From contig JBBCKI010000029.1 in the NCBI GenBank assembly GCA_037190965.1, forward strand, positions 32,001-96,000: a stretch of 64,000 bases of DNA, given 5' to 3'. Source of the DNA: Chthoniobacteraceae bacterium. GTDB taxonomy: Bacteria > Verrucomicrobiota > Verrucomicrobiia > Chthoniobacterales > Chthoniobacteraceae. The position numbers and the translations under genes are program-made. The notes beneath the pieces were generated by a model, which had not been told where the DNA came from, searched no databases, and saw only the letters and a list, made by a program, of their open reading frames with translations. Positions 57,021 to 64,000 of this stretch are shown piece by piece. Numbering within the stretch: the stretch's first letter is position 1; every line of letters begins with the position of its first letter.

Positions 57021-57184
57021 CTCTCGTTCCCAAACTCTGTTTGGGAATGCCATTGTCCCCCGAAACTCCAGTTTCGCAACCTCACTTCACGGCACACCGC
57101 CATAGCAAGGGGAGGTCCTCAGTGGCGCACGAATCAGAGATTCGAAGACAGGGGCGTTACCAATCTGGAGATTGGTAACGAGAG
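57021..57184. repeat. Nested palindromic REP-like element, family C
   Basis: CTCTCGTTCCCAAACTCTGTTTGGGAATGC ... GCGTTACCAATCTGGAGATTGGTAACGAGAG outer arms, plus inner CGAAACTCCAGTTTCG / CGAATCAGAGATTCG. Confidence 0.7.
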
Positions 57185-57264
57185 TCGGAAAGAAAAGGCT
57201 CCAGTCTCGAACTCCGCCAAGTCTTGACCCGGGCGCAACCCCGGGTTACATCGGGGCATCCCCC

Positions 57265-58293
57265 ATGCCCCTCAAGAGTTATGGCGTTTTAAAAGCCCGC
57301 CTTAAGGCGCGGCGTGCTTCCACGGAGAAACACATGCATTACCACCTTTGGGTGGAGGCGAACGGGCTCGATTACAGGGCATCGGTCAGTGTCCGTTCTG
57401 TCCTGCACCCTTCGGAGATGGAATATCTTATTGATTTCCAGTTTCGGCACCCGATCACGCGGGAGCTTGCCTCCCTGTCGCCCGGTTTTCACGCGTTGGA
57501 GCCCTGCCCCGGCACGCTGGCGCTCGACTATATCCGTTGCAACCTCGTTGAGCGAAACCGCTTCCTGACCCTTCCTTGCACCGGCCCGGGATGCGGTGCG
57601 GACCTCAATGAAGTCCTCGACAACGTGATCTGCGCGGCTATCGCCGATCCCGAATGCTGGATTTACATCTACGGGGAGCCGTGGGAGGCACAGGCGACCG
57701 ACCGCATCTTCCGGTTCTTCCCCTCTCTTGGAATTCACGATGTTCATATGAACCAGGGGAACGCCCCGGGGCATTGGGAGCAGGACGGCTCATGGCAGGA
57801 TGGGGCCATCTTGATAGAGCGCCCCCGGCAGCGACGCTGGGTCGGCGTTTTCCTGAAGTTTCAGTCCCAGTCGTGGCATACCGACGACGTCACCGGCCAT
57901 GCGCTGACTGCCAGCTTCTTTCATGAGGGCGACGGGGTGCCGCTTGACCGCCATGGCGTTCCTCGGCCTGACGGGATGGTGCGGATCATCGCCGCCATGG
58001 TGCATTCTCCCGATGGTGCCAAGCAGCGGCCCGAGTCAGTCACGCTCTTTAACGTCTGCCCGATTTTTGTCGATCTTACAGGGTGGATGCTGGTCAATCG
58101 TGAAAAGCGACGGTGGCGGCTGCGCGGCGGGCTAGCCCCCGGAGAAGCGAGGGAAATCCCGCTGGGCGCCTCAATGCCGCTTGGCAACCGGGGCGGCGTC
58201 ATCACGCTTCTCAACCGGCAAGGGTTGAAAGTTCATGGCGTCAGCTACACGGCGGAGCAGGCGTCCGAAGAGGGATGGAGCATTACATTTTAG
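57265..58293 (+). CDS. YukJ/DUF2278 family protein with C-terminal lamin-tail-like domain
   Basis: MPLKSYGVLK, LDYIR, GIHDVHMNQGN, WQDG, FQSQSWHTDD, LGNRGGVITL. Confidence 0.85.
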   Translation: MPLKSYGVLKARLKARRASTEKHMHYHLWVEANGLDYRASVSVRSVLHPSEMEYLIDFQFRHPITRELASLSPGFHALEPCPGTLALDYIRCNLVERNRFLTLPCTGPGCGADLNEVLDNVICAAIADPECWIYIYGEPWEAQATDRIFRFFPSLGIHDVHMNQGNAPGHWEQDGSWQDGAILIERPRQRRWVGVFLKFQSQSWHTDDVTGHALTASFFHEGDGVPLDRHGVPRPDGMVRIIAAMVHSPDGAKQRPESVTLFNVCPIFVDLTGWMLVNREKRRWRLRGGLAPGEAREIPLGASMPLGNRGGVITLLNRQGLKVHGVSYTAEQASEEGWSITF

Positions 58294-59332
58294 CGGAGCC
58301 GCTCATCGCGCCCATCGCACTCATTGGCTCCGTCTGCACGCTTGCCATGCCCCGCTTGAGGTTGTGGCGCGGATCGCCGCAGCCGCCCTCTCCGCTGGGC
58401 CGAACGTGGGGGAAGGCAACCTCGGTGGTACCCTTGAACGCGTAAGGATCCTCGCCCGCCACCATGACAATGTCGCGATAATCGAGGGTCCCCATGGTCT
58501 CTCCTTCCTTGGGAGGATGCCATGGGAGGAGCGATTCGGCGCTCATGTAATGGTTGACTAACGCCCTGCGGTAGCCTCCCGAAGCGGTGTTCGGCAGCGA
58601 GCGATGCAGCAGGTAGCCGTTGAAGAAAACGATCGATCCCGCCTTTACCTCCACAGGAGAGCCTCCCTCTTTCTCATAGGGAAAGATTGATTCCCCCGTG
58701 CAGTCGAATCGTTTGTCGCCATGCGCCTTTGCGGGCCAGAGGATCCCCGGTTTGTGCGAGCCCGGGATCACCCAGAGACACCCGTTCTCAATCGTGGCGT
58801 CGTCAAGTGCGATCCATCCTCCGGTAAGCGAGCGGTCGCGGGTCGGGATAAAGAATTCGTCCTGATGCCACGCCTGCCCCGGTTTGCCGGAGGCTTTTAC
58901 AAAGAGCATCGATTGCATGCACTTGACGTTGGGGCCGATTACTCGCGTGAGCGTAGTCACCTCCGCCGGATGGGTCACCGCATCGCGCATTGGCGGGGAA
59001 ATCTTGTGGGGAAAGTGAATGCAGAGAATGCGTCGCAGCACCTCTTCGTCGGTTTCGCCCGGCGCGGCTGGAATCGTCCCGCGCAATTCGCCGCGTTCGC
59101 CCCGGCAGATCGCCACCGTCTCGCGATTGAGCGCTGCGACTTCATCGGGCGAGAGCGCGTTTTCGATCACGAGGAATCCGTTCTCGCGGTAGAAATCCGT
59201 AGCCTCCGGCGGCAACGGCATGGAGTAGTACCCCGGAGGACGCCCTTCCGAGGGCCAGGTGGAGAACTTCGCCGCTCCGGAAGAGCCGGAAGTTTCACCT
59301 CGCGCTTCAACAGAGTTAAGACTTATGCTCAT
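58283..59332 (-). CDS. Phytanoyl-CoA dioxygenase (PhyH) family Fe/2OG oxygenase
   Basis: WHQD, WIALDDATIENGCL, PGSH, LLHRS, RRAL; exact start uncertain. Confidence 0.9.
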   Translation of the reverse strand: MSISLNSVEARGETSGSSGAAKFSTWPSEGRPPGYYSMPLPPEATDFYRENGFLVIENALSPDEVAALNRETVAICRGERGELRGTIPAAPGETDEEVLRRILCIHFPHKISPPMRDAVTHPAEVTTLTRVIGPNVKCMQSMLFVKASGKPGQAWHQDEFFIPTRDRSLTGGWIALDDATIENGCLWVIPGSHKPGILWPAKAHGDKRFDCTGESIFPYEKEGGSPVEVKAGSIVFFNGYLLHRSLPNTASGGYRRALVNHYMSAESLLPWHPPKEGETMGTLDYRDIVMVAGEDPYAFKGTTEVAFPHVRPSGEGGCGDPRHNLKRGMASVQTEPMSAMGAMSGSAKM

Positions 59333-59352
59333 AAATATCTTTTATCATTCCG

Positions 59353-60213
59353 ATGCCCTCGAAGAACATCGCTGGATCCATCGAAAACCTATCTGGAATT
59401 GATGGGGTGGCCTCCGCCATGCTTGTCTATTTCGGCGATATTCGCTATAACCCCGGCGGTTCCTGCGGCCCGCGCAATCAGCTCGATTTTCAACTGGTGA
59501 TTATCTACGAGGGGGAAGCTCTTATCTCCGTGGACGAGACGGAATTCTGGCTGGGGCCGGGCCAGGTCGCCTTGATGAAACCGGGGTGCCGGGAATTCTT
59601 TCAGTTTTCCCGGACGCAGGCGACGCACCACTCCTGGTGCGCCGTCGATCCCTCAAGGGTCGAGCCTGCGCTTGCGTCCCGATTGACGCAAACACCTCCT
59701 TCGCTACGGCTGAGCGCCCGCATGGCGAGCCTGATTGAACTCGGGCTTAATACGCCAACGCCGGGCTCTTTGGCTATCCGCGACTGGAGGGATTCGTTGG
59801 GGGAAGCGTGTTTGAGGGCGTATTTGATGGAGTCCGAGTCCGGGGTTGCACCACCATTGCCGGAAGCCATCCTTCGCGCCCGGTCTGCCATTGAAACGCG
59901 TTTTGCCGAGCCGCTCTCGTTGGACACGCTGGCCCGGGTTGCCTCGGTGAGCCCCAATCATCTCGTGCGGCTCTTTCAGCGACATCTCAAGACCACGCCT
60001 GCACGCCTGCTTTGGAAATGCCGGGTCAAACACGGCACGCAATTGCTGGCGGATACGGGCCTGACGGTCGCCGAGATCGCTTATCGAACCGGATTTCAGA
60101 ATCCGTTCCATTTTTCGCGGATGGTGAAAGCGGAGACGGGCCTCTCCCCGCGCGAGCTTCGGAAGGAACGCTGGAATATGCAGAAGCCTTCGGATTCCAA
60201 CTTTAAAATGTAG
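59353..60213 (+). CDS. AraC-family regulator, divergent from phyH
   Basis: Cupin N-terminus; AEIAYRTGFQNPFHFSR; true start may be downstream. Confidence 0.9.
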   Translation: MPSKNIAGSIENLSGIDGVASAMLVYFGDIRYNPGGSCGPRNQLDFQLVIIYEGEALISVDETEFWLGPGQVALMKPGCREFFQFSRTQATHHSWCAVDPSRVEPALASRLTQTPPSLRLSARMASLIELGLNTPTPGSLAIRDWRDSLGEACLRAYLMESESGVAPPLPEAILRARSAIETRFAEPLSLDTLARVASVSPNHLVRLFQRHLKTTPARLLWKCRVKHGTQLLADTGLTVAEIAYRTGFQNPFHFSRMVKAETGLSPRELRKERWNMQKPSDSNFKM

Positions 60214-60356
60214 AAGGCGCAAAGCCTTTTGGGCCTTGCGCCTTCCTTCATAGGGGGAACTTCGGCGAGTTTTGCGTAAAATTGCGTACGTGTAAAGAAA
60301 ATGTTTCAGAATTGTCCAAATAAATTGAGCCACGTAGGTCGTTTTGGGACGCGCGG

Positions 60357-61142
60357 GTGCGATTGCGGGTGCGATTTCCCATTCGCGCCGTGCAAAATCC
60401 CCCTCAAAACTTTGAACCGGAAAAGGCCATCGAGCGATTTCTCGGGCTCGCTTCCGGACCACTTCCCGCCGTCCTGATTCTTGCCGCGTACCCCGGCGAC
60501 GAGATTGTCGGAGCGGGAGGGCAGCTTAATCGTTTCGCCCCTTTTTCCGGCGGCATCCCCGAGCGTCTTCTCGTGGTGCATCCCTCGAGTGAACCCTCGG
60601 ATTACTGGCTCACCGCCTTCCTGGCGGGGGGGCTGAATGCCGGATGCCGTGTCACCCTTGGGCTTCCGGATGGGAAGCCGTTGCCTTGCCTCGCCGAGTT
60701 CGTTCGCCTTTTGCTGGCGCAGTTATGGGAATTCCGGCCCGATATCATCCTGACTCATCCCTATGAAGGCGGGTGCCCGGCCTATGACGCCTGCGCTTTT
60801 GCCGCTCAGGAGGCGTGCAGTCTCATGATGGAGGAAATCGGAGCACCCCCGATAAGGCTGGAGATGCCTGACTGCCGCGCGGGAGAAGCGCCTCTGTTTT
60901 CATCGGCGCCTCCCGGGTGTGTCGAGCGGCTGGTGCCGCTCGGCGCGGCAGATCGAATCCGAAAAGCCCTCATGCTGTCCTGTCTTCCCGCCTATGCAAG
61001 CCTCGCAGCCGACAGGTGGAACGGCGAGCGGTTGAGAACCGCGCCACGATATGATTTTTCTCAAACATCGGGTTCCGGACGGAACAGGCCGGAGTGGATG
61101 GAGGCTGTGCGGCAGGCGGAGAAAGATTTGAGGAGCCGTTGA
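60357..61142 (+). CDS. PIG-L/LmbE-like protein with degenerate metal ligands
   Basis: AAYPGDE and THPYEGGCPAYDA at the positions of AHPDDE and GGHPDH. Confidence 0.6.
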   Translation: MRLRVRFPIRAVQNPPQNFEPEKAIERFLGLASGPLPAVLILAAYPGDEIVGAGGQLNRFAPFSGGIPERLLVVHPSSEPSDYWLTAFLAGGLNAGCRVTLGLPDGKPLPCLAEFVRLLLAQLWEFRPDIILTHPYEGGCPAYDACAFAAQEACSLMMEEIGAPPIRLEMPDCRAGEAPLFSSAPPGCVERLVPLGAADRIRKALMLSCLPAYASLAADRWNGERLRTAPRYDFSQTSGSGRNRPEWMEAVRQAEKDLRSR

Positions 61143-61155
61143 GGCAAGACACCGC

Positions 61156-61389
61156 CTACTTCAGAAGATCTTCCCTGAATGCGTCGGGAGAAAATTCATT
61201 CTCTCCCGCGAATGACGGGATGGTCGATGGAGCATCCCCGTTTGTACGGCGAAAGGCTGTATGATCTCGGGCGGTGTCAGCTTCGCGTGCGCGAGTTGCC
61301 CCGACCAAATCGATGACCACCAGGGAGTCAGGGTCATCCGTGCGGCAGAACAAGAGGATCGGTTTCAATTTCATAGCGCTCACTCTCAT
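61156..61389 (-). CDS. Small hypothetical protein
   Basis: 77-aa ORF downstream of creC on the same strand; no recognised motif. Confidence 0.3.
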   Translation of the reverse strand: MRVSAMKLKPILLFCRTDDPDSLVVIDLVGATRAREADTARDHTAFRRTNGDAPSTIPSFAGENEFSPDAFREDLLK

Positions 61390-61487
61390 CGCCCCACGTG
61401 GCAGGCTGATGAAGTGAATGCGAAATTGGTGTGAAATCGTCCGCGGCGATTTGGTGAGGGTGCTGCCGCACCAATTGGAGTTCGGGA

Positions 61488-62984
61488 TCAGTCCGTCTCC
61501 GGCAGGGAGAGAATGGCCCGTGAGCCGCCTTCGGTCCGGTTCTCCAAGGTCACCGAGCCGTCATGCAAGAGAGCCACTTCTTTCACGAATGCCAGTCCCA
61601 GACCGGAGCTTTTCTTTCCGGTATCGGGCCGGGGAAGAGAATAAAACCGTTCGAAAACCCGGGGCAGCGCATAATCGGGAACCCCCGGGCCGGAATCCTC
61701 CATGATCACGATCCAGCGGCGGTTCTGTTTCTCCCGGTGTAATTTGACGTTCACCGAACTTTCGTGCGGGCTGAACGCGACGGCATTCTCCAGCAGGTTC
61801 ACCAGCGTGCGTTCCAGGAGGAAGGCGTCTCCGCGAACAATGGCTCCGGAGTTGCCCGGAATATCGCGACAAATCCGGATGGCTTTGACGCTCGCTCGTC
61901 CGGCCAGTCGTTCCGTGGCCCGGTCAATCAATGGGTGGAGATCGACTTCTTCGGCGTGATCGAGGGATTTTCTGGATTCCACCGACGCAAGGAGCAGCAG
62001 GCTGTCGGTCGCCTCCTGGATCCGGTGTGTTTCGCTCTGGATATTTGCGAGAAATTTTCGGCGAACTTCCGCCGGCATCTCTTCGTGCAGCAGTTCCGCC
62101 GCTCCCTGGATTGCCGCAATGGGACTCTTGATCTCGTGAGTGAGCGTTTGCACGTAGCGATTGACGTAATCTTTGCCCTCAAGGGCATCGCGCATCTGTT
62201 CAAAGGCGAGGCCCAGGGTGCGGATCTCCGAATGTCCCAGGGTGGGAAGTGCCGTGTGCCGGCCATCGCGGACTGCCTTGGCATAGGCGATCAGGTTGCT
62301 GATCGGATAAGTAATCCATGCGGAAAAGAGAACGCCCATGAGGGCAACGCCGACGGCAGCGACAGTCCCGAGAATCACAATCCGGTTTCTCGTTCGGTCC
62401 ATGAACATCGCCATTCTTGTGAGCGGTTTGGATACCGTCAGAACGCCTGCAATCTGCCCCTCCTGGTGAATGGGCGCGGCAACGTAGAGAACGGTTGTTT
62501 CCGAATTGGCCTGCCTTGTGGGCGTCGCCCTTGATCCATATTTCCCCTGGAGCGTGAGATGGACATCGTTCCATCGCGAATAATCCGCGCCGACGGCCTT
62601 GCCTTGATCGGAGTCAAAGATGACCTTGCCGGTCGCGTCGGTCACGTAAACGCGCAGGTCGAGGCTGCTTTTGGTCACGTCATAAATCTGCGCCGTGAAT
62701 TTGCGCTGCTGAGCTCGATCGTAGATCGACTGGAGGGCGGTGGGATTCAGTTCCTTGCCGTCCCATGACTGTTCCGCCGCCGATGCCAGGACATTGGCGA
62801 TATCGACCATGATTTCCTCCTCGGCTCCCAGGTAGCGGGGGCGGATATCGGCGGAGAGCTTCCATGTCAGATAGATAAAGCCGCTGGCGACGATGATCAG
62901 ATAGCTCAGGATCACCCGTGTCCGAATGCTGAGGAAAAGGGCTTCCGTCCGTTTGCTGATCCAGTGGGAGAGATCTCGCAACAT
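61488..62984 (-). CDS. creC: Sensor histidine kinase CreC
   Basis: LRVYVTD..G.V.FDS, DYSRWNDVHLTLQGKYG, LTHEIKSP, FERFYSLPRP. Confidence 0.88.
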   Translation of the reverse strand: MLRDLSHWISKRTEALFLSIRTRVILSYLIIVASGFIYLTWKLSADIRPRYLGAEEEIMVDIANVLASAAEQSWDGKELNPTALQSIYDRAQQRKFTAQIYDVTKSSLDLRVYVTDATGKVIFDSDQGKAVGADYSRWNDVHLTLQGKYGSRATPTRQANSETTVLYVAAPIHQEGQIAGVLTVSKPLTRMAMFMDRTRNRIVILGTVAAVGVALMGVLFSAWITYPISNLIAYAKAVRDGRHTALPTLGHSEIRTLGLAFEQMRDALEGKDYVNRYVQTLTHEIKSPIAAIQGAAELLHEEMPAEVRRKFLANIQSETHRIQEATDSLLLLASVESRKSLDHAEEVDLHPLIDRATERLAGRASVKAIRICRDIPGNSGAIVRGDAFLLERTLVNLLENAVAFSPHESSVNVKLHREKQNRRWIVIMEDSGPGVPDYALPRVFERFYSLPRPDTGKKSSGLGLAFVKEVALLHDGSVTLENRTEGGSRAILSLPETD

Positions 62985-62999
62985 GGTGCGTGGGTTGGA

Positions 63000-63713
63000 C
63001 TAAAGCGCGAGGGAGTAGCCGACGCCGCGGTAGGTGCGGATCGGGTCGGTATCGGAAGCTATGGCATGAAGTTTGGCCCGAATCGTCTTGATATGGGCGT
63101 CGACCGTCCGGTCCAGCGAAGAGCCCGGCTCGTCCCAGACGCGATTCATCAACTCATCGCGAGAGAAGACTTTCCCCGGACGATCCAGCAGGACTTTTAG
63201 AAGCCGGTATTCGTAGCGGGAAAGATGCAGGAGACAGCTCTGGTAGCGAATCTCCAGGCGTTCTTCATCCACGGTAAACGGGCTGGAACTTTTGGGCAGG
63301 GGAGAAGGTGAATCCACCACAGGGGAAAATTCGGAAGCCGCAGGAGAATGATTGGTGCGGCGTAGCACCGCCTTGACCCGCGCCGATAGCTCGCGCGGGC
63401 TGAACGGTTTGACGACATAGTCATCCGCCCCGATCTCCAGGCCGACCACACGGTCGATCTCGTCTTTGCGGGCTGTTACAAAGATAATCGGAACTGAGGA
63501 AACGCGCCGGAGACGCTTGCAAACCTCGAACCCATTGCTGTCCGGAAGTCCGATATCCAATATCACCAATTGGAAGTCGTTGGAGGCAAACGCGTTCAAC
63601 GCATTTTCGGCGGTGGGGTGCCAGGCCACTTCGAAGCCCTCCGTCGTCAGTGCATAGATAATATTGTCGGCAATGGACGGCTCGTCTTCGATCAGCAGAA
63701 TCTTGGATGGCAT
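63000..63713 (-). CDS. creB: OmpR-family response regulator CreB
   Basis: EDEPSIADNIIYAL, LSRYEYRLL, DRTVDAHIKTIRAKL; upstream of creC. Confidence 0.88.
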   Translation of the reverse strand: MPSKILLIEDEPSIADNIIYALTTEGFEVAWHPTAENALNAFASNDFQLVILDIGLPDSNGFEVCKRLRRVSSVPIIFVTARKDEIDRVVGLEIGADDYVVKPFSPRELSARVKAVLRRTNHSPAASEFSPVVDSPSPLPKSSSPFTVDEERLEIRYQSCLLHLSRYEYRLLKVLLDRPGKVFSRDELMNRVWDEPGSSLDRTVDAHIKTIRAKLHAIASDTDPIRTYRGVGYSLAL

Positions 63714-63814
63714 CGGAGTTTGTTTTAGTGTGACGGAATGAAAGTTCGTTTACAAAGTTTTGGTGATTTTATTTGATCTGCCAACGCTGACATCGGCTTG
63801 ATGTGACGGGCGAT

Positions 63815-64000
63815 TCATATCCGCCGGGTGACGCGATAGCACCGGGGGGTGGTTCCCACCAGCCGGCGGAAGACGCGATAAAAATGTTCCACGGATTCAA
63901 AACCGCTTTCGAGCGCGACATTCAAGGTGCTCAGTTCAGTGGTAGCCAGAAGCTCCTGGGCGCGGGCGATTCGAAGCGTTTGCAGATAGGCCACCGTCCG
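63815..64000 (-). CDS. AraC-family regulator, 3' end only (cut by the window edge)
   Basis: Manual translation: YLQTLRIARAQELL..VALESGFESVEHFYRVFRRLVGTTPRCYR..stop. Confidence 0.85.
   Translation of the reverse strand, partial: RTVAYLQTLRIARAQELLATTELSTLNVALESGFESVEHFYRVFRRLVGTTPRCYRVTRRI

Noticed and set aside
9646..57053. Long antisense ORFs such as 9646-10476, 12831-14003, 17164-18549, 26246-27577, 30192-31607 and 55542-57053
   Set aside because: They lie opposite well-supported genes and have no motifs; such ORFs are expected in high-GC coding DNA
61143..63814. creD/creA genes or a cre-tag (TTCAC-N6-TTCAC) near creBC
   Set aside because: No such ORFs, and no correctly spaced repeat was found in the flanking spacers
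63815..64000. Frameshift in the terminal AraC gene
   Set aside because: Recounting the G6 run gives an intact frame ending TTPRCYRVTRRI-stop

Overview
This is a GC-rich bacterial chromosomal window. A Verrucomicrobia-type host is likely, judged from the prepilin-like, GYF_2 and DUF4139 proteins, the alpha2-type GlyRS and the stand-alone rpsN; this is inference, not a marker-gene result. The housekeeping backbone includes exbB/exbD-TPR, uvrC, vapBC, deaD, rpmH-rnpA-yidD-yidC-jag-rpoZ-smpB, glyQS, ispA, rpsN, argA and creBC, plus a halogenase-MMPL-acyltransferase-LolA operon and three families of REP-like palindromic repeats. The main accessory region is an AT-richer 11,652-bp integrative element in tRNA-Gln(CTG), bounded by a 24-bp direct repeat (36907-36930 and 48559-48582). 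It sits in tandem with a 2.1-kb relic of a related element whose att starts at 34805. The element encodes a tyrosine integrase whose reading frame crosses the att core, so excision would swap its C-terminus in frame. It also encodes AlpA, a minimal family-A-polymerase-like protein, two XRE regulators, a GYF/TM/C39-peptidase operon, a serine resolvase and a wHTH protein followed by a three-hairpin structure. Finally it carries a tightly coupled operon of PD-(D/E)xK nuclease, Ser/Thr kinase and a putative TIM-barrel protein, which is the best candidate for an undescribed defence or conflict system. All calls come from motif reading by eye; no database searches were run.
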